DNA of 62,860 nucleotides, the filler included, from Dicyema japonicum (lineage: Eukaryota; Animalia; Dicyemida), in the NCBI GenBank assembly GCA_011109175.1. It is 9 parts of 9 records of this genome, joined end to end, with 100 filler letters (N's around TTAATTAATTAA, not from the genome) between each part and the next. Parts side by side here need not be neighbours in the genome. Positions count along the whole stretch, not along the records: positions 50,617 to 53,196 come from RDEW01000357.1; positions 53,297 to 61,195 come from RDEW01000211.1; positions 61,296 to 62,860 come from RDEW01000199.1; 6 more parts are not named here. The stretch is one strand, 5' to 3'. Of the stretch, positions 51,071 through 62,300 are shown piece by piece. Positions within the stretch are counted from its first letter, which is position 1, and each line of letters begins with the position of its first letter. The position numbers were made by a program, and so were the translations under genes. Under the pieces are notes generated by a model. The model was not told where the DNA came from. It did no database searches and saw only the letters and a list, made by a program, of their open reading frames with translations.

Positions 51071-51299
51071 AGACCTTGTGACTATTTCTACTTGTCTTCC
51101 GACTTCATTAATTGAGAATGCAGTAAACCCTCATTAATCCGAACCAAAAAAATTTCGATGCTTTTCGGATTGTGAACGTAATAAATGTACTAATTTAATT
51201 GTAATTAATATTTATGTTTTTCATATATCAGAATAAAAAATGTAACAAATTATTTGAAAGAAAATATTATGTTTTATTTAATGAAATCATAAATCGTTG

Positions 51300-51837
51300 T
51301 CTGTCTTTTATTCCTCTGAATTAACACTTCTGACTTCTTTATTGTATTTAAATTTTTCAAATTCCCAGATTTTATCATTTTATGAAAATTCATTGATTTT
51401 TTGTACTTTCTTCTATAATATAATTGCACTTGATAAATTCAATTGGCGAAAATTCTCCACTGTTTTCTCCATTTTCAACATCAATAATTTTCTCGTCGAT
51501 ATTATAATCTTCACAAAAAAGGGTGACAATTTCGTTCACATCGAGGGTTTCTGTATGAGTCTTTTTTGTACATATCCAAAACAGGATCTTGCATTATATC
51601 TTCATTAGCATATGAATCAAGACATTTTATTGTCCCTGTCTTTTTGAAACAATTTTCTATTGTGCCTTTTTTTACTTCATTCCATGCGTGAGATATCATA
51701 ATGATGGCCTTCCGTAAATTAACAAAAAATTCTTTTTCCAAATCAAGGGCTTCCATATAATCCAAAATAAGCCTTTTTCTATAATAATGCTTAAAGTTCT
51801 TGATTATTCCTGCATCCATTGGTTCCGAAGCGGTCAC
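51300..51837 (-). mobile_element. pogo/Tigger DDE_1 transposase remnant
   Basis: PMDAGIIKNFKHYYRK..ISHAWNEV..TIENCFKKTG. Confidence 0.8.
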
Positions 51838-52039
51838 CCAGCCCAGTACTGAATCAGCAGTTTCTTTTTCAATACATGCTTCACGAAATAAAGCTCTAAA
51901 TGAGTCAGGCGGTGAATTGTTCAGAAGGCTAAAATGGTGATGTACTTTTATTACGTGGAATATCTACAAAACTCCATGATGGATAAACGCTTTTGTCTTC
52001 ATTTTTCTCTGAGTATAGTGGTGGTGGCTTTCGCTCTTA

Positions 52040-52554
52040 AATACTAAATAACGTATGGTTACGAGAAAAACAAATTTAAAAATCAAAATATAAAATATGT
52101 TTGCAAAACCGGTTGTACTGTACAACTCTTCTATCTTGGTACTCACAAAGCCTAAAATGGAAAGTCTGAACTCCTTTCATAGAATGCAGCTCAGATACAT
52201 TCTAAGAAGTTCTGGCCAAAACACACCTCAAACAAACACCTTTATTCCCATTACGATGTCTACCCATTGGACGAGAAATAATAAGTAACAGATGGGGCTT
52301 ATTTGGTAACATCTTTAGAATGGACAGGAATACACCCGCTAATCTCGCGATGAAACACCACTATGCTCTTCGACGGAAGACCACGAATTACTTTACCAAC
52401 CCTTCTACATCAAGACCTAACTTCAATTGGGAAAGGGTTGACGTCGGCAGATGATCTCGAGCACCTGAGGGACCTATCGAGGAACAGAGGGAACTGGAAG
52501 CGATTAACAAAACACATCCAGGAGAGGGTGGCACAAGCGAAATATCTTTACTAA
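52040..52554 (+). mobile_element. RTE-like 3' remnant
   Basis: KPVVLYNS, SFHRMQLR, WGLFGNIFRM and GRPRITLPT motifs; stop at 52554. Confidence 0.75.
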
Positions 52555-53296
52555 CGTTGTTTTGCGGTGTGCTTATTAATAATAACAAAAGTGGTGATGG
52601 CAGAATCAAGAGACAAGCAGAAACAGGAAGTTCTGAACAAAGGAAGTGACAAATGGACGTAGAATGTGTATTTATAGGTTTATTTTAGTAAATCAAAATA
52701 CCTGTACTAGTGAGGACATAATTTCACCATGGAACATGAATAGAATTATATCCAACAATATTGATTACACCAGATTTCTTTATTTTCGTTTATTAATTAT
52801 TTGAATATTAGTTTTGCTGTGCTTACAGCAGCTACAGCTCTACGGATAATCCTGGTTACTTCAGAATTTTAAAGGTGGCTGTCCTCTTCTTTTAAGAGTG
52901 TTACCAGACAAAATAAAAACTATTTTTTTTTCTTGATTTTGACCGAACCCTTAATAAAAAAATTTCCTAGTTTTGATAATATTTTGTCAAACTCTAATTT
53001 TCGTCAAAATTTCCATTTATAGTTCATTATCTCAATGGGCAATGAATACCTTGAATCCATTATGTTGGGAATAAACCATAAAAATTATACCTTTCTGGAG
53101 AGCCATCCAAAATTCTCTTCCACGTTTGATAGAACCTTCTCCGTTACGGTAGTTATGAATTTTCTTTTCTTTAACTCCGTGATTACCTTGGGTAATNNNN
53201 NNNNNNNNNNNNNNNNNNNNNNNNNNNNNNNNNNNNNNNNTTAATTAATTAANNNNNNNNNNNNNNNNNNNNNNNNNNNNNNNNNNNNNNNNNNNN

Positions 53297-53758
53297 AGAA
53301 TTAATTCTGAAAAACGATATCCATATGTGGCCAAGGTTATTGTTTTTACAAATAATTCTATAGGAGGGTAAATGTAAATATAAGGGTCATCCAGATATTA
53401 AATTTAAATTGATTGGTTATAAAAGAATCAATAATGGTGACGAACAAATGCTTTTGGATGTTCTCATTAATGTTGGTCCTGTTAGTGTCCATTTTGATGG
53501 TTATTTTATTTATGGTTATGTTCGAGGTAAAAAGTAAAATGAAACGTTTTAGGAATATTCCATATCAGAAATTGTTTATATATGCGATATGAGCATGTAA
53601 TGTCTTTTGTTGGTTATGGGACTACAAAAGGAGAAAAGTATTGGCTTATAAAAAATGGATGGGGCAAAGAATGGGGTATATCTGGCTATTTTAAACTTGA
53701 ACGAAATAAAAATAACTGCGGATTTCCTTACACTGCCACTTATCCAATAATCAAATAA
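53297..53758 (+). CDS. Papain-family (C1A, cathepsin L-like) cysteine protease, 3' exons
   Basis: Introns 53336-53363 (28 nt) and 53527-53552 (26 nt); spliced product YPY..GKCKY..GPVSV..EHVMSFVGYG..YWLIKNGWG..WG..GY..NCG, including catalytic His and Asn; absent from the ORF track. Confidence 0.88.
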
Positions 53759-53766
53759 TTTGATCG

Positions 53767-54078
53767 TTAATTTAATTTAATAACCTCGGATACACCGAGA
53801 AAGAAGTTAAAGTAAACAACTAATTAACTGTATCCAGTTTCCACTTCTACAGAAACAGAGTCCATCCGGAATCAGCACAAAAGGTAAGACGTCCATTACA
53901 TGCAGTTGTGAAAACCCCTCCAGTGGAGTGGGAAGAGCAAATGATGGCCTGGCACTGGGCGTCACCTAGACCGGTGGATCACATGACGCCACTCTGATAG
54001 GAAGAGAGAGGAAGTACCGACAAACAAGCAGAAAACTTCAACCAATTAACCACGCAGCCCCACATGAATCCACGCGGC
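53767..54078 (-). mobile_element. ingi-dependent SINE-like element
   Basis: Full-length homolog of 56618-56952; head has a deletion removing the P4 3' strand and J4/2. Confidence 0.85.
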
Positions 54079-54279
54079 TATAAAATATTAATCCGTTAAC
54101 TTTTGGTGTTTAAAGGGATTGAATGTTTTTAATAAGTCACTCATAATTTCAGTTTTTAATATAAAAAAATATCATTTTTATCCAATACATTACTCTATAT
54201 TAAAATTATATAAATTAATCGGGGGGAAATTGGCCCGTGCAAGAAGCTGTCTGGGTGAAACCACGAATTGGGATTACAG

Positions 54280-56426
54280 TTATTATTATTATTAATAACC
54301 CAAAAATCATCAGTTAAACTAATTAAAAGGAAAGCGCCATCAGGTGATCCCTGCTTCTCTCAGCAAGATGATCCCTCAAATTGGGTTGCCCTTATTGGTA
54401 GGGACATTTCCGTGTACGTTGACATTGAATTTCCTTTCAACCATTCATGGATCTTTCCAGATTAGTTTGCAATTTGTTTGTAGTTGTTGTAATACATGTA
54501 TCCTTGTAAGCATATATTATGTCATCGGCATACACAAGGGTTATGAAATTTTTGTCCGAGTCAATTGGAATACCATGCAAGAATAAGTCGAAAAACGACG
54601 GTAACACGGAGAACCCAGTGGCACGCCCTTTGGAAGAAATTGTGAAGGTTTGCAGTGCGTTCTTGTAGATAGGTCTTTCTTAAATCCGTGCTAGTAGGAT
54701 TCTTTAGGTAAATATGGGAATATGCGGTCCAAAACCATTTTCCTAAGAATTTTTGAAAATGCGCATAATGAGGATATTGGTCGATAAGAAGAAGGGGACT
54801 CTTTTGGTTTTCCAGGTTTGTGAACTGGGTGGATGGGAGCCAACCTCCACAGAGTTGGAATTGTGTTTCTATTTATGGATATGTTGTATATCTGTGTTGG
54901 TACTGTGAGTCGGGTCCAAGCTTTTTGATAACAATCATAGGAATTTTATTGTCCGCTTGAGTAGGTTAGTTTTTGGGATATAATGGCATTTTCAACTTCC
55001 ACTGGTGAAAAGGATATATGAACATGACGACATCTTGGTTTCATCAGTGATAGGGGAGACCCTCGTACTTTTATGGGGTAAATAGCTGTTCTGAACGTAG
55101 AACTTTATCATTCTGTCAAGTTTTTATTTGCAAAAATCACGACTGTTTTTTACTCAGTGATCAGAGAGTGTCTTACACATGATTGACATGGACACTTGTT
55201 TGTTAAACACGGAGGTGATTTTTCTCTGTTCGTCGATTTTTATTTTCTTAGATATTTTATTTCGTTATCAAGCACTTGGATTCTGTAGATAATTTCTAGT
55301 AATGGCCCTTGGATGCCTTTGAGTCGATTACGTTCATTCATAATCCTCTTCGTTTTGTGATCAAAACGTTTGATGTAGGATTCGAATGATCTTTCCATGA
55401 TAAATATCTTCATTGCCTTCTAAATCTTTTTGTTAACACAAGAGACTGCATTATCAAGTGAAACGTACTGCGTCAAAATCGGTTAAGTTCATGTCCACAT
55501 AATGAGCAAAAATTTTCCAACTAACGTTTATGTAATCTAGGAAAGTGTTTCATTTTCTTTCCGAGATTAGCGTGCCTTTCTTCCGAATGAAAATATGATT
55601 GTGGTCGCTCCAAATGTCATAAATCACAGACCATTTGGCAAGTGAAGCAATTTTAGGGATGGCAAGGGTCAAATCAGGTGAAGTCGTGTTGTCATAAGCT
55701 CTATAGGGTGTTCTTGTGTTCCTCCGATAGTCGTTTAAAGATTATGAAGTTATCCAGTTAAAGAGATAAAGAAACTTTTTTTTGCATCATCAGTTTGGCT
55801 TTTGTACCAGGTCGGGTGATTCGCAGTGGGGTCGCCACATATCAACAAATATTGGTATTAGCGAAACACATCCTGTGAGAAGCTAAATTCCTTTGGTAGA
55901 AGCTAGCAGGAAGAATGTAAATGTTCGCAAATGTGATATTTTCGATTCTTGTACGAATGGAAATTCCATTGTATTCCAATCGAGACGGAGGATTGTAATT
56001 TGAAGGCGTTATTGTGTGCCCGGTCTCACTTTTCATGAGAGTATAACTCCTCCACGGTCAAACTGACCTTTTTGATAACAATGTATCCGGGAAGTGTTGA
56101 AGTGGTGAAAGAGTGTGTCAGATTTGGCTCCTCTAAGAGACACACGTCGACGTCGAATTTCTTTGAGTGATTCTTGAGCTCAATTATCTTTTCTCTTAAT
56201 CCATTTATTTTGAGTTGGATGATGGAAAGAGATTTTGCTAGTCCAGGATTAGGTTTGATATCTCCAGAGATTATTAAGAGCGTTCTTAAACAGGTCAGAT
56301 GAGTAATTCTGAGAGAGCCGTCCAAGAGTGACATTCTTCTTGGATTGGGGTGAGCAAATGATTCTTTTTTACTGTGTATCCAATTCCACAGTTAGCGCCA
56401 CCAGGGACGGCGAACTACATGACGCG
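54280..56426 (-). mobile_element. ingi-like LINE with both ends present, internally deleted and degenerate
   Basis: Ribozyme-like head 56360-56426; 2A-like LLIISGDIKPNPGL; APE motifs; ends LLREAGIT* (54340) with a (TAA)n tail. Confidence 0.8.
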
Positions 56427-56617
56427 CGCTAATTCTATATTTTGAAGTTGTCCGCGGAAACGCTTACTCCGTAATGTCAGCAGCCGCTCTTCTTCGTTAT
56501 TGCTAATAAATAATAGCTTATTGTTAAATAAAACGTGTTTAATTAAAAAAATTTAGTAGATAATAATAATGATACATCAGAGATCACAGTTACACATTAA
56601 GTAAAAAGAGATCTCAG

Positions 56618-56952
56618 GCCGCGTGACGCCATGTGGTGCTGCGTGGTTAATTGGTTGAAGTTTTCTGCTTGCTTGTCTGTTCCATCTCTCTCCTGCTAAT
56701 AGAGTGGCGTCATGTGATCCACCTGCCTAGGTGACGTCCAGTGTTAGGTCGGCACGAAAAAGGATCATTTGCTCTCCCCAACTCCACTGGAGAGGTTTTC
56801 ACAACTGCATGTAATAGACGTCTTACCTTTATGCTGATTCTGGATGGACTTTGTTTCTGTAGATGTGGAAACTAGATACACTTAATTATTTGTTTACTTT
56901 AACTTCTTCCTCGGTGTATCCGGGGTTATAAATAAAATAAATAAATAAATAA
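56618..56952 (+). mobile_element. ingi-dependent SINE-like element, best-preserved copy (~335 bp)
   Basis: Four homologs in the window; shares 5' head and 3' hairpin/(TAAA)n tail with the LINE; no ORF. Confidence 0.85.
56706..56766 (+). ncRNA. HDV-like ribozyme fold (candidate)
   Basis: P1 GGCGTC/GACGTC, P2 GATCC/GGATC, P3 ACC/GGT, P4 GTGTT/GGCAC, J4/2 CGAA, in HDV order. Confidence 0.7.
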
Positions 56953-59200
56953 TCACGTGATCCCAGTACGCTCTAGCAGAGACCTCAACTTGGCCGATTC
57001 TCTCCACACAAGCACGTTCGGCTGAATGACTTGATCTTTGTAGTCACACCGCCATGTTCTAAAGTTCATTCGTATCACGGATTGTAGAGGCATTAATTAC
57101 ACCATTGTTAGTATTCAATTCGACCTCACGTCTTCCTAGTCTGATGTAAAGAGATTTGTGACGGACTGGTAGACAAGCGATTCTTCAATAACCATTCGTT
57201 ATTTGTGGTCCAGATTTGTTTCAATCTCGAAATAGCAATTTGGATGTCCCGATTACGAGACGCAACGACAATGTCGTCGGGAAAAGTCATAATAATATCA
57301 TTTTCGGCTTCCAAGATGTTCCTTTCTCAGAAAAACTATTACTTTGATGGAGGTCTAAAATAATATCAACAAAAATACTTACAAGGTATGTCTTAGACTC
57401 TGATATTCCGAAAAATTGTAAAAGATAGATTTCTCAAAAGAGTCTCTCAAAAAGTTACGTCCTACCAAGCGACATGTCACAAAGATCTCCATTATCATCA
57501 GCACTTTTTAATTTGCTCTTATACGACCTACCAACCAATTCTGTCTCTGATATGCAAATTGAGTAATCTTTGCATCCAGAAAAAGTTACCATTACAAGAT
57601 CTCCTTAATCTTCTAAACAGATGATAGGAGACAAATTTAATAAACAAGAGTGTAAAAAAATCGTGCGAAATACTCTTCACCCTTAATAGGATATTGACTA
57701 ACTGTGTCTTAGACTGGTTCTGAAAGACAAAATCACGATTGGTTCCTCCAAGACTTGAACACTTGGGTAGTGATTTGTCTTCTTTCAAAAAAGTACAACT
57801 TTAGTTTTTTCGGTAGACCCTATATTTTTGAGACCTTGGTGAAGAGAACGAATGCAGTTTACCTCATATAAACCCATGGAACCTCGTGTCAACAGGAAGT
57901 GTATCTTGGAGAGAATGAGATAACTACTTAGCAAAGGTTCAAGGTTAAACTAACGACCTCAAGTTGCAACAACGGTTAAGAGTGATTTGGCGGGAGAAAG
58001 ATTCAAGAGATTACTGTTTATCCAAGTATTAAGGTGTCTTGAAGAAATTTAGAAGCGTTGGTGACATCATGGTAACTTGACACAAATAGCATACAAAATT
58101 ATTAATATATTTCGGTTAGTCTCTAAGCTAGACGCTAAAAAGAGTTGGGAAAAAAACGAGCTTTGAGGAACTCCATTAAATGGTAGTTGACATGATTAAG
58201 GAACGTCCACAAGGGATCTCCGTGTCGAGGATCTTGTCAGTCAATACGTGACACCAAGTTCTGTCGAAAGCTTTAAAACAATAATTGTTCCCTCTGACGG
58301 ATTGTGCTTATTAATTCCACCTACAACGAACTTAGTGAGTTTAGAAAGATGTGTAATGGGAATCGGAAAGTGGAAGGATTGATTAAATTAGTACTAGGCA
58401 TTCCCTCTACGAAACAACTGAGAGGAGTGAAATTGGATGGAAAGAGTAAGGTTCTGAAGGGTCATGGTGAGGCTTTAGAATATGGATGATCGTGAATTTT
58501 TACTGGCTGACTGACAGGTTCAATTAAGTTACAGTATAAGCCTGACAGGTTTAATTAAGTTACAGTATATACCTTAAAGACCTCTAGCATTCTAATTAAG
58601 TGACTTAGGGATAAGTTCTAAAATTAGAGACTGCGGAATAGCACTAAAGTCTGTGGCTAACATGTAGTCTCTTACAAGGAGTCCTTTCAAAGTAGGTCAT
58701 GATTCCACCCAGACCATGCCCAATTATACTAATGTACAAACCATGAGACCAAGTTATGTCATAGTTATTGAGTAATAATTCAATATATTGACTTTGTGCT
58801 TAAGTATTGTGTGTCTAAGCCAATTGATTATATATGTATTCATTAAATGTCTCCCCTAGAGAATGTCATATCTAAGGGACAATTGCTCGATGTAAATAAT
58901 CCCTAATTTATTATTTCCATCAAAATATATATTATTGATTTCCCCCTTCAATATGGTAATTATCTCCATTCAACTTTGCAGTAAAAGGGAGTGATTTCTG
59001 TATCAGCCTTTCCCATAAACTGTTACTATAAATCGAGGACTCAAGTGAAACTTGAAATCGCCTATGTCTTGAGTGACAAAGAAGCAATTCGAGGACTGGT
59101 CGAGGTCTCAGTTGGCGAACTGGTTAATGGTTCTCGATATGTGAACCCAAGTCAAATATAGACATATGGATTCCGCTCAGAAGAGGCATGGAAGAAAGCT
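56953..59200 (-). mobile_element. Degenerate ingi-like LINE
   Basis: Ends LLERTGIT* (56953); TFPDDIVVASR (YADD remnant) at 57126-57314; KAFD near 58270; 5' limit uncertain. Confidence 0.6.
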
Positions 59201-59899
59201 GAGATCACTCTTAGGTGATAACGAAGAAGGTTGTGTCTTTTTCCTTCACATAATCTTAATTTATGTTTTGTTAATCGTTTCCTACTATATAACTCAGGAA
59301 CTTGAGGATTTTCTTGGATCAAAAATGAAACTCTAGAATAGTCAACAAAACCAAAGTGTCTCGAGGTGGCAGACAAATTCTTAGAATCGAGACGAGTATG
59401 CCACCAACTGTTGAGGAAGGAAAATACTTAGTGAGATGAGGGAAACGTATATAAATAGGAAACGAAGTAGTGTAGATTTGAAGATTCTGTAACTGGAAAT
59501 GGGTAGAGTTATCTCTCAGGTCGTTTATAGGATTATAAATATTATCCCATAAAGAGGGAAACCGATCGAATATTTTTGCTGGAATTCACGAAGACAATTC
59601 AAAAATGGTGGGATTGCTAGTGAATCAAATATTCATTAACAATAAATATAATGACCCCAACAGATGAAGAGTCTTTGACACTATTAACAAATTAGCGTAG
59701 AGATTAGTGTCGTTTGCGTCGTATTAGCTGTTGATTCGATTTCGCCATCTAGTTGGTCGAGGATTTCTTTTCTGCTCTTAGCCTTATTCAATTCATAGAA
59801 GCGTCATTAGACCAACCTAACTTAGAAGACCACCAATGCCTGGCCGGCATCCAAAAAGGATTCCTATTTTTAGTAATTTGATTTACGGTTTTTTTACTT

Positions 59900-60470
59900 A
59901 AACGAGAATCACAGACAAATTAAGAGAGATTAAACGGATTTTAGGTGATCCCAACCATCTCTCATTTGTTTGATGTTCGTTCTGGAATTCATGTTACTTG
60001 GAAATTGTAAGGTTCCCGTTTCTTCACAAGTTTCTCGAAAGGAGTTGTCTCAATTGGAAAGTGGAGAATCCTTAAGAGCTAAAAGTGGTGAAAAGTTAGT
60101 TAGTTTTTTTCTAAACAATTGATTACGTAACAAGACAATCAAAAAAATCAGCTGATAGGATGGAATAGCTGTTTCCTTTATCAACTGCCAGAAAAATGTT
60201 TTAAAATTACCATTCTGTTCCCCGACGCTCATTACTAACTTTTAAAATCATTGACATACGCGATCTTGGGCCCGAAGACTCCACTCGTCTCGAAAACAAC
60301 GAGCTGTACATGGAATCTTGTGGAGATGCTGTCGCATTTTTTATCTTGAAATTATCTAAAGTCCTATCACAGATAAAATAAAAGGAATGGTTGGCCGGCA
60401 GGTGATCCCAGTCTCCTTAAGCAGCCGTCCTAATCTTTCTCGGTGTTACTTACGAGAGCCGACACATTAC
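59900..60470 (-). mobile_element. Two ingi-like 3' end fragments
   Basis: EMVGIT* (stop 59941) and HRERLGRLLKETGITC (~60400-60450), compare HRERVRELLREAGIT*. Confidence 0.55.
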
Positions 60471-60624
60471 CTATATGAATTTATTTTACTTTTAAAACCC
60501 CAAGAACAACAAGAAAGAAGTATTAACTCGCTAATTAGTCCTCTAGCATCTCTCGATTTCTCCTCGACTGTTCCACCATCGGTCCAAATCCTGTATAAAT
60601 GAGACGTTTTTAGTAATTTGCTAG

Positions 60625-60741
60625 TTTATTAACATCGGATACACCGAGAAAGAAGTTAAAGTTAACAACTAATTAAGTGTATCCAATTTCCACTTTTACA
60701 GAAGCGCCACCTGGACAGATGGATCATATGACACCCGCGGC
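60625..60741 (-). mobile_element. ingi-dependent SINE-like element, short deleted copy
   Basis: Head P1-P3 joined directly to the 3' part and terminal hairpin. Confidence 0.75.
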
Positions 60742-61294
60742 AAGGAATTTGCTTCTTCCCTAATAAAATGATAATAGTAATAAAGCCTTTTCACGAGAAC
60801 CATAGCTCCGCATAGGCAGGACACACACTTTATTTAAGTAAATAACAGTTAATTTTAACTAATAGAACCAAGGAATGATCTTCACTTTTGCTATGACAGC
60901 AGTTTTCATATTCAACTTGAGTCGCTAGCAGAATGGAGAGCAAACTTTGAAGGGTATAAAACCATAGATCTCTCATGAATCGGCATTCAAGATGATTTCA
61001 AAGCATCTCTTTGTCATTTTCAAAGAAAAGACTAGTCGAATTCTGGAAATGTTGCTTCAAATCATAAACATTATGTGCAGTCGTTTGTCCTCAATCGACA
61101 AAACGATGATTGAGTCACTTCTTGAACTAATTCTCATTGATACTTTCAACAAAACGGAATCTTTGAAAAAGGGACGATTAGGAATCGTCAGAGTGNNNNN
61201 NNNNNNNNNNNNNNNNNNNNNNNNNNNNNNNNNNNNNNNTTAATTAATTAANNNNNNNNNNNNNNNNNNNNNNNNNNNNNNNNNNNNNNNNNNN

Positions 61295-62104
61295 NGATCG
61301 GAGTTCAAGTCATAGTCGACACACCATGAAATGTTTGAAGTTAGGTTAATGGTGCAAAGTGTAAGGTCCAGAGAGGTATAACATTCATCATCCTTGTAAG
61401 GCGTCCTAGTATGGGTCTTCGGATTGTTGAGGATCGACATTGGCGAAAGTTGTTCAAGTACGGACCACCCTCTGGAGTCAGCTCGTTGTGATTTTAACCA
61501 AGTTGGGTGTTTGGCATTTAAATCTCAGCAAATAATCAGATTCCTTAGGTTGTTAACCTTCGAGAGGTTATGTCCCTTCGGGCAGGAAAGGAGAAATGGA
61601 ATATAAATATTACCAATGTTGACAATTCCAATGACGGTGGGAACCGAGATACCTGTTATTTCTGTAACATCATCTTGAGTAAAAGATTTGAGGTCATCTG
61701 TGATGTCAGTATACAGTAACCCGTTCTTGATGATAAACATGAGATCCCCGCCTTTTCTGTTCAACCAGTCCAAGCGGATGCAGTTGTATCCAGAGAAGGA
61801 AGGAGTAGTTGAGGTAAGCGTCAATGTGGTCTCTTGAATTGCTGCCACATTTTGTTTATTTAGGTAAGCGCGTAGTTCGAGAATTTTTCCTCTGATTCCA
61901 TTGTTGTTAAGCTGTAGAATCGTTAGTTGCGGCTTTGGGTTTTGCTCCACGTCGCGGCAAGTAGCAAGGTTTGGTATTTTATCCAGAGGAAACTGAGGCA
62001 GCAGGGTTGTCGTCTGGAGATGACTCCAGATGGGAAGAAAGTGTAGGTCCTGTTCTGTGCATGAAGCACTCGGCGCCACCATAAAAGGTGGACCACATGA
62101 CGCC
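61295..62104 (-). mobile_element. ingi-like LINE 5' part (ribozyme head, 2A-like peptide, APE)
   Basis: DVEQNPKP then LTILQLNNNG, IQET, GNIYIP and DLTLC..DYDLNSD; cut by gap. Confidence 0.85.
62046..62104 (-). ncRNA. HDV-like ribozyme fold (candidate) at the LINE 5' end
   Basis: P1 GGCGTC/GGCGCC, P2 GGTCC/GGACC, P3 ACC/GGT, P4 GTGC/GCAC. Confidence 0.65.
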
Positions 62105-62300
62105 ACGTTACATTAACATTTTGTTTAGATCCATAAACGCTTTAACAAATTTATTTTAAATTTAAATAATTTATTTTTATTTTTAATTTTAATAAATTTT
62201 TGTTACTTATACATTTAACAATTCTGATCCACATTTAACAAGTTTTCATTTTTTGGTTGAAGTGGTGACGTGTTTCTGTTTTTCTTCTCTAGAAAAATTC

